Shown here: positions 17,649-27,197 of the stretch, piece by piece | Position numbering within the stretch: the first letter of the stretch is position 1 | Layout of the letters: each line of letters opens with the position of its first letter | Origin: Phormidesmis sp. | GTDB lineage: Bacteria > Cyanobacteriota > Cyanobacteriia > Leptolyngbyales > Leptolyngbyaceae | Length of the DNA stretch: 64,000 nucleotides | NCBI GenBank assembly: GCA_965248535.1 | Contig: CBDFJR010000005.1 | Span: 352,001-416,000, forward strand | Direction of reading: 5' to 3' | Program-made: the position numbers and the translations under genes | The notes under the pieces: generated by a model | What the model saw: the letters and a program-made list of their open reading frames with translations, nothing else | The model's database searches: none | What the model was told of the DNA's origin: nothing

Positions 17649-18092
17649 TTAGCCTTTGCCGTAGTATTTTTCTAGCAGCGATCGCAGCATATCCACCATG
17701 GGAATGTCGTCTTCGACTGCTTTCGCTTTAATAGCTTTGTGTAGCGGCTTAGAAATATCTAAAGTCAGCCGCTTCATTTTGACTGATTTCTCAGGCTGCT
17801 CTTTGGAGTCTTTGGCAGATTTTTTAGCGGGGATTTCAACGGGGGTCTCGTCAGGCTCTGCTGTCTCGATCGGGGCAGCAACCTTTGTTTTTGCCCCCTT
17901 CTTCGCAACCTGGACTGACTTTTCAGCGACAGGTTCTACGGCTGCAACGGGTTCTGCGATAGAAATTGACGCGACGAGAGCGGGGCTTTCTTCCACATTT
18001 TTTCTAGCAGCCCGCTCATCTGAGTGGGTGGGGGCTAACATTCCGTTTGATTTTGGGCTAGCTTTCGTTTTCTTGCTGACCATGTTCTGCAT
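17649..18092 (-). CDS. Hypothetical protein with C-terminal ribbon-helix-helix-like domain
   Basis: Low-complexity K/A/E/P N-terminus, then KRLTLDISKPLHKAIKAKA...MVDMLRSLLE. Confidence 0.65.
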   Translation of the reverse strand: MQNMVSKKTKASPKSNGMLAPTHSDERAARKNVEESPALVASISIAEPVAAVEPVAEKSVQVAKKGAKTKVAAPIETAEPDETPVEIPAKKSAKDSKEQPEKSVKMKRLTLDISKPLHKAIKAKAVEDDIPMVDMLRSLLEKYYGKG

Positions 18093-18168
18093 TTACGATT
18101 TAGTGTTTTTGCAGAATATCGTATTTACAGAAGCAAAGATCAGCGAGTTTACAAGAGTTGTCCGATCG

Positions 18169-18842
18169 CTAAGTAAACTGCTGGCTCAGGGTGACTGGGT
18201 TGTGCACCGTGATTTTTTTCTTGTGAATTGAGATCATTTTGTCTTGGCGTAAGTCGCCCAGCAGCCGAGTCACGGTGACGCGAGTCGAGCCGATCGCTTC
18301 AGCAATAGCCTGGTGTGACAGCTTTAGGTCGATCGTGATCCCATCTTGACTGGGCACCCCAAAATCACGGCAGAGAATCAGCAAAAAGCTGACCAATCGT
18401 GACCCCATATCTCGATGAGCCAGGGTTTCGATCATCATCTCAGTCTGCAAGATTCGAGAAGACAAGCCCCGCAGCATCAGCATTGACAATTCAGGATTGT
18501 CTTTGAGAGCTTTCTCAACTTGCTCGATCGGCACCGACAGCAACTCAGCCGGGGTGAAGGCCACGGCGTGATAGAAGCGATCGGCCCGCTGCCCCGTAAT
18601 CAGCGACAACACGCCAAATACGCTATTCTCACGCAGCAGAGCTACGGTGATTTCTTCGCCAGCTTCATAGACTCTAGAGAGCTTTACAGCCCCTTTTAGC
18701 AGAGAAAGTAAACCCGTTCGGCTGGGTCGCCTGGGAAGAAAATCGTCTTGCCGCGCTCAAACGTCTCGACGACTGGCGGGAAGGCTCCGCCGCCAATCTG
18801 ACGAAACATGGCTGCTAACGGTCGCTCTTTGGTCACTACCAT
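18169..18842 (-). CDS. ntcA: Global nitrogen regulator NtcA (2-nt frameshift near 18700 in this sequence)
   Basis: [15 protein letters not shown] / [29 protein letters not shown] ... [21 protein letters not shown]. The span is 674 nt, i.e. 223 codons + stop + 2 extra nt. Confidence 0.93.
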
Positions 18843-19148
18843 TTCCTTTGTCGTAACTCCTACGCCAACGTTCTCCATGTCATCGATCGCGCCTTAAGCT
18901 AGAACTTTCCTGTGAGAGATTGATGACTTTAGAACACTTAAACTCACTCTCACAGTAGTTTTTGTGCTTAATATTACCTTATTTCTTCTAGTAGCCTGAA
19001 GTTTTCTGAAAACCGGGTAAAGATTCTGCCGATCCCTTAATTTTTTTAACGACTTATGAAGATTTTGCACCCCTGCGATCGCTCAGTAAAGCGATTTGCA
19101 CGTCATCCGTTCCGTGGCGCTGTAGGCTAATAGATGCCATTGAAATGA

Positions 19149-19952
19149 ATGTCTATGTTGAACCTGACTGGAAAAAACGCGCTGGTGACGGGAATCGCCA
19201 ATAACAAGTCGATCGCTTGGGGCATCGCTCAACAACTCCACAAAGCGGGCGCAAACCTCGGCATCACCTACCTGCCCGACGAAAAGGGACGCATGGAAAA
19301 AAAGGTGGCCGAGCTAGTAGAGCCATTGCAGCCCAGCTTATTTTTGCCGCTCAACGTTCAAGACGACGACCAGATTCAGGCGACGTTTGACACCGTGCGC
19401 GATAAATGGGGGCAGTTAGATATTCTGATTCACTGTCTAGCGTTTGCGAGCAAAGATGATCTGTCGGGCGACTTTAGCAACACGAGTCGGGCCGGGTTTA
19501 ACCTAGCTCTCGATATTAGTGCTTATTCGCTGATCAAGCTGGCGGGAGTTGCTAAACCGTTGATGACTAGTGGCGGCAGCATTGTCACGCTGACCTATTT
19601 TGGCGGGGTGAAGGTGATCCCCAACTATAATGTCATGGGCATCGCCAAGGCGGCCCTAGAGATGAATGTGCGCTATCTGGCCTCAGAAATGGGGTCACAA
19701 AATATTCGAGTGAACGCGATTTCGGCCGGGCCAATTCGGACGCTGGCCTCGTCGGCGGTGGGCGGCATTTTAGACATGATTCACCACGTTGAAGCGGTGG
19801 CTCCTCTGCGGCGAACGGTGACTCAAACTGAGGTCGGCAACACGGCAGCGTTTTTGTGTAGTGACTTGTCTAGCGGCATAACCGGGCAAACGATCTATGT
19901 CGATGCAGGCTACGAAATTATGGGCATGACGGGATCAAAATCTGCTGAGTGA
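19149..19952 (+). CDS. fabI: Enoyl-ACP reductase FabI
   Basis: GIANNKSIAWGIA, YNVMGIAKAALE and ISAGPIRTLA motifs. Confidence 0.97.
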   Translation: MSMLNLTGKNALVTGIANNKSIAWGIAQQLHKAGANLGITYLPDEKGRMEKKVAELVEPLQPSLFLPLNVQDDDQIQATFDTVRDKWGQLDILIHCLAFASKDDLSGDFSNTSRAGFNLALDISAYSLIKLAGVAKPLMTSGGSIVTLTYFGGVKVIPNYNVMGIAKAALEMNVRYLASEMGSQNIRVNAISAGPIRTLASSAVGGILDMIHHVEAVAPLRRTVTQTEVGNTAAFLCSDLSSGITGQTIYVDAGYEIMGMTGSKSAE

Positions 19953-20091
19953 TGATATCCGCATCGTTCTTATGTGACTCCGGGAGTGGCGGCTAGAAAG
20001 TCTAGAACACTGCCGGATTTTTTAAAGGTTTCTTGAATGCGACTCGCGATCGCGGTTCAGATTGCAGAGATAATAGAAAACGATCCTCAAA

Positions 20092-20742
20092 ATGATTTCT
20101 ATGCAGACTAGCGATCGTCTTCAAGTTGCGCCTAACTCCTACATTCCTGAAGGAAATCGGACTGCCTCGATCAGCCGCAAAACGGGCGAAACCGATGTGC
20201 ACGTCAGCCTCAACTTAGATGGGACGGGTCAGTGTGTTGCCAAAACTGGGATTCCGTTTCTCGATCATATGCTGCATCAGATCTCGTCTCATGGGCTGAT
20301 CGATCTAGATGTGCAGGCAACGGGCGATATCGAGATCGACGATCACCACACTAATGAAGATGTTGGCATCACTCTAGGAATGGCGATCGCAAAGGCTTTG
20401 GGCGATCGTAAAGGCATTGTGCGGTTTGGTCACTTTGTGGCACCGCTAGATGAAGCCCTCGTTCAAATTGCCCTGGATTTTTCGGGTCGTCCTCATTTGA
20501 GTTATGGGCTAGAGATTCCGACACAGCGAGTGGGAACCTATGACACGCAGCTAGTGCGAGAATTCTTCGTGGCGATCGTTAATCACGCCCAGATGACGCT
20601 GCACATTCGTCAGCTAGACGGCATTAACTCTCACCACATTATTGAGGCGACGTTTAAAGCGTTTGCGCGATCGCTGCGGATGGCAACCGAAATCGATCCG
20701 CGTCGTGCCCACACAATTCCTAGCTCTAAAGGGGTGCTATAA
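20092..20742 (+). CDS. hisB: Imidazoleglycerol-phosphate dehydratase
   Basis: [10 protein letters not shown] and [12 protein letters not shown] motifs. Confidence 0.97.
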   Translation: MISMQTSDRLQVAPNSYIPEGNRTASISRKTGETDVHVSLNLDGTGQCVAKTGIPFLDHMLHQISSHGLIDLDVQATGDIEIDDHHTNEDVGITLGMAIAKALGDRKGIVRFGHFVAPLDEALVQIALDFSGRPHLSYGLEIPTQRVGTYDTQLVREFFVAIVNHAQMTLHIRQLDGINSHHIIEATFKAFARSLRMATEIDPRRAHTIPSSKGVL

Positions 20743-21028
20743 CCACGATCGTGACCAACTATTTCTCAATCTGCTATGCGCCGATGAGAATGCCTCGTGA
20801 ATTCTGTGATGGTTGCCCCATGACAATTTTGACGATCGCTAGATGAATTGTTTTAAGCGATCGTCTACTATTTTCTGATCAAGGCAATCTGCACACTCAA
20901 GATCACGAAGGGGATAAAAAATGTCACTGATGACTCGCTGCTTTGGGTTGCACCCATTTTGGGGCTGTGATTGCAGGGGCGGTTTATTCTGCCCTGTTTA
21001 GCGAAGCGATCGTTGCCGAGGAAGAACG

Positions 21029-21176
21029 AGTCAGAGAGCGGGCTTAGAAAGTAAATTCCATCCTGTGAAATCTCGCGCCTTCACCTCAGGCAGACGAGTT
21101 GGCGGGCCCTGCGACCCGTTTCGCCTTGGGGACGGAAGACGGTCACACTGTTGACAGGTGCCCCTGCTCTCTGGCT
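21029..21176. ncRNA. Candidate structured non-coding RNA, family unknown
   Basis: GC-rich intergenic island closed by the stem AGTCAGAGAGC / GCTCTCTGGCT, with nested helices inside. Confidence 0.35.
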
Positions 21177-21370
21177 GCTGACGGGGTTAAAGCCTAAATT
21201 TTGCCTCACCTTTTCTACTAATAGTCAAGCATTTCGTCAATTTCTGACCTGCGATCCCCACCTTGCGATCGGGCTTTGTTAACCCCCATTTTCCTCTAAT
21301 AATTTCTTTACCTTTTGAGATATGATATGTCTCATCAATAGGTATTTATCTACAGAGGGCAAGCGCAGTC

Positions 21371-22381
21371 ATGAGAGTAGCGATTAACGGCTTTGGACGC
21401 ATTGGGCGAAACTTCATGCGTTGCTGGGCGGGCAGGGAGAACAGTCAAATAGAAGTAGTCGCTATCAATGACACGTCTGATCCCAAAACCAACGCTCACT
21501 TGCTGACTTATGACACGATGCTGGGCAAGTTTAAGGCCGATGTCAGCGCCGACGAAAACACCATCACCGTCAACGGTCATGTGATTAAGTGCACCAGCGA
21601 TCGCAACCCAGAAAACTTGCCCTGGAAAGATTGGGGAATCGACCTGATTATTGAATCGACTGGCGTGTTTATCAGCAAAGAAGGAGCTTCTAAGCACATC
21701 AACGCTGGAGCCAAAAAAGTTCTGATCACGGCTCCTGGCAAGGGTGACGATGGCACATTTGTGGTTGGCGTAAATCATCTAGATTATGATCACCACAAGC
21801 ACAACATTATTAGCAACGCTAGCTGCACCACTAACTGCCTTGCCCCTGTTGCTAAAGTCATTCACGAAAACTTTGGCATCATCAAAGGCACGATGACCAC
21901 GACTCACAGCTACACGGGCGACCAGCGTTTGCTTGATGCGAGTCACCGCGATCCGCGTCGGGCACGGGCTGCCGCGATGAACATCGTCCCCACTTCGACG
22001 GGCGCAGCAAAAGCTGTAGCGTTGGTGTTGCCAGAGTTGGCGGGCAAGCTAAACGGCATTGCGATGCGGGTTCCGACTCCTAACGTGTCGGTGGTTGATT
22101 TGGTGGTGCAGGTTGAGAAAGCAACGATCGCCGAGCAGGTCAATGACGTGCTGAGAGCGGCGGCTGAAGGCCCCATGAAAGGCATTCTCAAATATTGTGA
22201 TCTGCCTTTGGTGTCGAGCGATCACGCCGGAACCGATGAGTCTTCGATCATTGACGCGGCTCTGACGATGGTGATGGGCGGCGACATGGTGAAGGTGATC
22301 GCTTGGTATGACAACGAGTGGGGCTATAGCCAACGGGTGGTTGACTTGGCTGAAATCGTGGCTCAGAAGTGGGTCGCTTAA
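21371..22381 (+). CDS. gap2: Type I glyceraldehyde-3-phosphate dehydrogenase, NAD(P)-dependent Gap2 type
   Basis: [17 protein letters not shown] and [16 protein letters not shown] motifs. Confidence 0.95.
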   Translation: MRVAINGFGRIGRNFMRCWAGRENSQIEVVAINDTSDPKTNAHLLTYDTMLGKFKADVSADENTITVNGHVIKCTSDRNPENLPWKDWGIDLIIESTGVFISKEGASKHINAGAKKVLITAPGKGDDGTFVVGVNHLDYDHHKHNIISNASCTTNCLAPVAKVIHENFGIIKGTMTTTHSYTGDQRLLDASHRDPRRARAAAMNIVPTSTGAAKAVALVLPELAGKLNGIAMRVPTPNVSVVDLVVQVEKATIAEQVNDVLRAAAEGPMKGILKYCDLPLVSSDHAGTDESSIIDAALTMVMGGDMVKVIAWYDNEWGYSQRVVDLAEIVAQKWVA

Positions 22382-22402
22382 GATCTGTTAGACATTAGCT
22401 TT

Positions 22403-22440
22403 AAGGCCCTCAATTCCAAGTTAGGAGTTGGGGGTTTCTT
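22403..22440 (+). terminator. Terminator after gap2
   Basis: GGCCCTCAATTCC...GGAGTTGGGGGTT stem followed by TCTT. Confidence 0.6.
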
Positions 22441-22480
22441 GTATAGTCGAAGTAGCATTGTCAAGTAGCTGGTATTTGTC

Positions 22481-22657
22481 ATGAGTACACTGAACGAGAT
22501 CAAAGAGGCTGTTAGTCGCTTTGCACCAGAGGATCTTGCTGCTTTTCGCGCCTGGTTTGTGAAATTAGATAGGGATGCATGGGAGCAAAAGATTGGAGAG
22601 TGTGTGAAGGCGGGTCGGTTGAATCCACTGTTTCTAGAACTTCTTGAAGCTTTATGA
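22481..22657 (+). CDS. Small antitoxin-like protein (58 aa, not in the ORF track)
   Basis: MSTLNEIKEAVSRFAPEDLAAFRAWFVKLDRDAWEQKIGECVKAGRL, the pattern of short TA-associated proteins. Confidence 0.55.
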   Translation: MSTLNEIKEAVSRFAPEDLAAFRAWFVKLDRDAWEQKIGECVKAGRLNPLFLELLEAL

Positions 22658-22684
22658 GACGTAGAAGTTCAGACAGATGCGCTC

Positions 22685-22895
22685 ATGCAAAAAGATCACA
22701 AAAGACTTCTAGAACAGTATTGGGCAGATGAGATTAACTTAGAATCTCAAGGACTTGATCAAGCGCAGGCTCAGATTCTACGATCGAGCTTCACCACTTT
22801 CTCAGAGGATTGGGACAGTCCTGAAATGAGCATCTATGACAACTACGAAGCAGCCAAAGCCAGTCTTTAAGCGAGGTGGTCGTATTGGTGTGTGT
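22685..22895 (+). pseudogene. Antitoxin C-terminus plus truncated PemK/MazF-like toxin start
   Basis: ...FSEDWDSPEMSIYDNYEAAKASL* overlaps MTTTKQPKPVFKRG, after which toxin similarity is lost. Confidence 0.55.
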
Positions 22896-22993
22896 GCTTT
22901 TGTCAAAGGGTTCCCCCGCAGTAGCGTTACTGGGAACGGTAACGCTAATTGTTGGGCTGTTGAACTGATTTTTTGCATAGTAGGTATAGATCC

Positions 22994-23929
22994 ATGCGCC
23001 TCCAAACCATTCCCGTAGTTGATCTCCGAGATTTTCTGTCTGATTCACCCCAGAGGCAGCAGGGTTTTGTGTCAGCGATGGGGTCTGCGTTAGAAGACAT
23101 TGGCTTTTTTGCGGTGATTAATCACGGCGTTGACTCGACTTTAATTCAGTCTGCTTACCAGGTTGCTGAGGTTTTTTTTGAGCTTCCAGAAACGGTCAAA
23201 CAACGCTACGAAAAGCCAGAACTTCACGGACAGAGAGGCTTTACAAGCTTTGGTCGAGAACACGCCAAAGATCACCCCGTCCCTGACCTCAAAGAATTTT
23301 GGCACGTTGGCGCGTCAAAGTTGCCGAACCTAGAGGTTGCAGAAGTGCCTCAGTTTGCCCCGATTCTCAGCGACCTTCACGCCCAACTTGCTGCCTGTGC
23401 CGCTAGATTGCTAGAAGCCTGTGCGCTGTATTTAGGAGAGTCTAAAAATCTGCTGCGAGAGATGACGATCGGGGGTGACACGATTTTGCGCGTGATTCAC
23501 TATCCACCCGTTGCACTAGATGCCCACCCAGCCAGTTTGCGATCGGCTCCCCACGAAGACATCAATCTGATTACGCTCTTGTGTGAAGCCACCGCCGAGG
23601 GGCTAGAGCTTCAGCAGCGAGATGGCGTGTGGCGGCCGATTCACGCCCTCGACGGGCAAATTATTGTCGATAGCGGCGACATGCTTCAGCAGTTAACAAA
23701 TGGATTGTTCAAGAGCACGACTCATCGAGTGGTCAACCCCGACGGCGATCGCACTCGGCGCTTTTCGATGCCTTATTTTGTCCATCCTCAAGCCGAGACA
23801 GACTTAACTCCTCTCTCCAGCAGTCTGGCCAAAACTAGAGGGCCTGCACGGTTTCCGCCGATCACGGCAGGGGCCTATCTTCAACAGAGGCTTCAGGAAA
23901 TCGGCCTGAAAAGAACCGGATCAGTCTGA
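22994..23929 (+). CDS. Isopenicillin N synthase family 2OG-Fe(II) oxygenase
   Basis: HEDINLITLL, STTHRVVNP and RFSMP motifs. Confidence 0.93.
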   Translation: MRLQTIPVVDLRDFLSDSPQRQQGFVSAMGSALEDIGFFAVINHGVDSTLIQSAYQVAEVFFELPETVKQRYEKPELHGQRGFTSFGREHAKDHPVPDLKEFWHVGASKLPNLEVAEVPQFAPILSDLHAQLAACAARLLEACALYLGESKNLLREMTIGGDTILRVIHYPPVALDAHPASLRSAPHEDINLITLLCEATAEGLELQQRDGVWRPIHALDGQIIVDSGDMLQQLTNGLFKSTTHRVVNPDGDRTRRFSMPYFVHPQAETDLTPLSSSLAKTRGPARFPPITAGAYLQQRLQEIGLKRTGSV

Positions 23930-23953
23930 AGTCTCTGATCCTGCATTCCTGCG

Positions 23954-24049
23954 TTATCCGCCTGCGGCAAAGGTTGCCATAACCAACACCGATAGTAGAA
24001 TGCCGGGAGACAGCATTAAAGCCAACATGAGCAAATCGTGGGTCGTCAT
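23954..24049 (-). CDS. Small single-TM protein (31 aa, not in the ORF track)
   Basis: MTTHDLLMLALMLSPGILLSVLVMATFAAGG*. Confidence 0.55.
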   Translation of the reverse strand: MTTHDLLMLALMLSPGILLSVLVMATFAAGG

Positions 24050-24269
24050 AGCAGTTTTTTCTAGAGAAGGTGTGATCGTAAAGACTAAAGCTGATGATTG
24101 TGCCAAACAGCACAGCCCATCACGACTTCTTTCATGCTAATTAGATTAACAGGAGTTTTCTCCTTGCTTGGGTTGAGAAAACCTAAAGATTCAGATTCAG
24201 CGATCGCCCGATTGATCTAAGATTCACTGTCGTTAGCTCAAAAATTTTCACTAGGGTCAGCATCTCACC

Positions 24270-24620
24270 ATGAATCACTTCTCTTTTGACGAGTTGCAGA
24301 GAAAAGACCTCTTCATTGCGCTGGGTCTCTGGGTGACCGTGGAGTTGGTTAGTTTTATCTTCTTTCCGGCGGTGGCGCTGATCACTCCGGGCGAGCGCCT
24401 CAAAACCTGGTTTTTAATCAGCATTCCGCTAGGGTTGGGGGGCGCATTGCTGATTAGCGCGAGTTCTCGATTTGTGGCCCTGTCGCACCAGCGATCGAGC
24501 GGAGCTACCAAAACGCTCCTGGTTTTTTTGGGGCAGTTTGGCGGCTGGATGGGGCTAGTGGGCATCTTGTTTCCATTTTTTATGGTGTGTTCAGAGTTTT
24601 TCTCAACCCTAAAATATTAA
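24270..24620 (+). CDS. Hypothetical membrane protein
   Basis: Three hydrophobic segments, clean ORF. Confidence 0.7.
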   Translation: MNHFSFDELQRKDLFIALGLWVTVELVSFIFFPAVALITPGERLKTWFLISIPLGLGGALLISASSRFVALSHQRSSGATKTLLVFLGQFGGWMGLVGILFPFFMVCSEFFSTLKY

Positions 24621-24632
24621 GACTTAACGCTT

Positions 24633-25202
24633 ATGGCCAGTCTCACCAAAGCCCTGAAGGAATGGGCGATCGCGATCGAGGGTTTAGAAACGGGGCGCAC
24701 GATCGCGCTGCTCAGAAAAGGCGGCATTCGAGAAGAGGGCAACCGCTTCAAGGTCGAACAAACTCAGGTGGTGCTCTACCCGACCTATGAGCACCAGCAG
24801 CCTCATCTGCTAAAAGACGACCTTCAGACAAAGGTGAACCCCGTGCCGTCTGGCTGGCATCCTGAAACAGTGCAAATTAGCTCAGTGGCAGCGATCACCG
24901 ATAGGTTTCAAGTCACTGAGGCGGAAATTCTAGACTCCCTGTTGCCGTTTCATATTGGAAACGATCAGTTTGCCGCAGAGCGCTTTCAATGGAAGCCTAA
25001 ATCGCCGCTCTATCTCCTGCTTTTGCGGGTGTCTAAGCTTGCCCACCCCCAGATTATTCCTTATCAGACTGAATATGGTGGCTGTCGATCGTGGATTGAT
25101 CTAACAACGGCGATCGACCTAGAGGGTGCAACTCCCGTTTTGAGCGACTCAAACTATTCAAGCCAGGTTGAGACGATTCGCTCTCTGATTCCAACTCCCT
25201 AA
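24633..25202 (+). CDS. DUF1802 family protein
   Basis: ALKEWA, LLRKGGIRE and YGGCRSW motifs. Confidence 0.92.
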   Translation: MASLTKALKEWAIAIEGLETGRTIALLRKGGIREEGNRFKVEQTQVVLYPTYEHQQPHLLKDDLQTKVNPVPSGWHPETVQISSVAAITDRFQVTEAEILDSLLPFHIGNDQFAAERFQWKPKSPLYLLLLRVSKLAHPQIIPYQTEYGGCRSWIDLTTAIDLEGATPVLSDSNYSSQVETIRSLIPTP

Positions 25203-25281
25203 CTTTTCTGACAGAATTTGTTTCAAACTCAACACTTGGCATTATCCTGTGAACCAGGTTTGTTGAAGGCTTTTGCGTGAC

Positions 25282-25473
25282 CGAAAAAATGGGATACAGG
25301 CCCCGTCCTTCTAGGACGGCTTTGATTGGGATGTCTGGTACGATAAAGGCAAGTCGCCATAGGGCATTGGGAGACTCTAAACGGATGTGGAGGGACGATA
25401 AGACTACTTCGGTAGCGCCTCCCCATGAAGCGTCAAGGAATCCTCGCTCTTTTAGGACGAGGAGGTATGTCAA
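25282..25473 (+). mobile_element. Non-autonomous IS200/IS605-family mini-element (PATE) carrying a TnpB omegaRNA-like scaffold
   Basis: TGAC immediately 5'; left hairpin CCGTCCT-TCT-AGGACGG; related right hairpin CCTCGCTCT-TTT-AGGACGAGG; terminal TCAA; no transposase or tnpB. Confidence 0.8.
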
Positions 25474-25493
25474 ATGAAGAAAAAACCGCCCAG
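25351..25493 (+). ncRNA. Predicted omegaRNA (reRNA): scaffold plus ~16-20 nt flank-derived guide
   Basis: AGACTCTAAACG..TGGAGG..AGAC-TACTTCGGTAG..GAAG..GAATC-hairpin-TCAA parallels the ISDra2-type reRNA layout as I recall it. Extended -10 TGGTACGAT at 25336-25344. Confidence 0.6.
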
Positions 25494-27125
25494 CAGGTTG
25501 GGTAAAGGGGTCTTTTATCTGGTCTCTCTCGCCGTTTGCCTAGGAGCGGCTCCGGCGTGGGCAACTCCTCTAAAGGACTGGCAATATGACCCGACCGCAA
25601 ACCAGCTAGAAGTCACTTTAAAAGATGGGGTGAAGCCGCGCTATTTTCTGATGGCTCGACCCGCCCGCATTGTCTTAGAGTTGCCTAACACCGAAGTGGG
25701 CAACGTTCAGCGACAGCAAACCTATGAGGGGGCGGTGCGCCAGGTGCGGGTTTCTCAGGTTAAACCAGGGCTAACGCGGATTGTGCTAGAGCTTTCGCCC
25801 GACGCGACCCTGCTGCGAGGGCAGGCGCAACTGCAACGAGTCGGTGATGCCGCGCAGTCTACGAGCGATCGCTGGGTGTTGCGTCCCCTTTTGGCTCAGG
25901 CAACTAATCCACCTACCCCGACTTCGAGCCTGCCGCCGACTCCCACCAGTCCGACTCTCATCAATCCGGCTCCCCCTGTGGTCTATCCGCCGGGGATCTC
26001 GCCCCCTAGCCCAGAAGTCAGTGGATCGCGTGCCGTCGATCGGGCCATTCCAGACGCTCAAGACAGACCCATCGATATTGTGGTGCCCCGACCCGCGACA
26101 CCCTCTGTTTCGACCAATCCGCCTCCCGCGATCGTGCCTCTAGTGGTAGCATCGTCGCCAAAAATTGCCGCGCTCCGACTCCCCCATCGCCCGAAAACTT
26201 TCCGCCGGGAATCGCTCCCAGTTCTGAACCACCTGTTACTCAGCCAACGGCTGCCCAAAGGTCAGGCTCAAACGGTGAAGCGGTTTCTAAGATTGCTCAA
26301 AAGCCAGCCTCTAATCTGCAACTCCCAGACATTAATCCCAGTCTGGCGATCCCAGAGTCTTTGCCGCCTGTCACGGTGCCCAACCCTGCGATCGCGGCTC
26401 CTACCGTGAGTGTGCCGCCCCTCACCCCTAGTCGCGAAACGAGCGCGCCGGACTTGCCCCCCGCCGCCACCTTTAATCCCTCAGCCGCCGTGAGTGTGCC
26501 CCCTCTTAAGACAACGGCACCTGCCACCCTCTTAGAGCGACCTGCCCGATCGGGGCGACTCAACCCGATCGAGTTTGGTCAACCGCTACCCACATCGCCA
26601 GCGCAGTCACGATCGTCTCAGCCGACCAGCCCAATTAGCTATAACCCTGGGGCACTGCTTCCGGCGGGCACGGTGCTGAGTTTGCGATATTCTGGCAGCA
26701 AAGCTCTGCCCCTGCAACCCGATCAGCCTCGTCAAGAAGTCTTGGTGTTGCAGAATGGTTTGCACGATCGAGCAGGTAATTTAATCGCCCCCGAAGGCAC
26801 CCAAGTCTTAGGCAAGTTTGAAACGAGCAGCGGCGGCAGTCGCTTCATTGCCCAAGCGATCGTGGTGCAAGGAAAAAATGTGGCGATCGCCGCCCAGTCA
26901 GACGTGTTGGGCGGTGCTCGCAAAGTCTCTGACAACCGACTGATTCGCAACTCAGGCATTGGCGCGCTAGCAGGTGCTATCTTAGGCGGACTCTCTGGCG
27001 GCAACGTGATCGGCGGAGCCGCAGCAGGAGCCGCAGTCACCTACGCAACGGCTCCCAAGTTTGCCACAATTCAGCCAGGGCAAATTCTAGAAGTGCGATT
27101 GATCGAAGATTTAATGCCCATTTAA
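25474..27125 (+). CDS. AMIN domain protein with Pro-rich linker (frameshift near 26170)
   Basis: Signal peptide and AMIN domain (PARIVLELP..TRIVLEL). The Pro-rich linker continues in the frame of ORF 26361-27125. Confidence 0.8.
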
Positions 27126-27145
27126 TCGGGTAAACGGCCCAAACC

Positions 27146-27195
27146 GTAGGGGCACGGCATTGCCGTGCCCCCACAAACGCCGTGCCCCCACAAAC
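27146..27195. repeat. GTAG-type REP-like palindrome with partial duplication
   Basis: GTAGGGGCACGGCA-T-TGCCGTGCCCCCAC, then a second GCCGTGCCCCCACAAAC; lies between convergent genes. Confidence 0.7.
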
Positions 27196-27197
27196 GA

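Noticed and set aside
21029..21176. Identity as 6S, SRP, tmRNA or a known riboswitch
   Set aside because: Hallmark motifs not found by eye; left as unknown.
25054..25477. Short ORFs overlapping the mini-element
   Set aside because: They cross the RNA-like scaffold and end hairpins and have no protein motifs.
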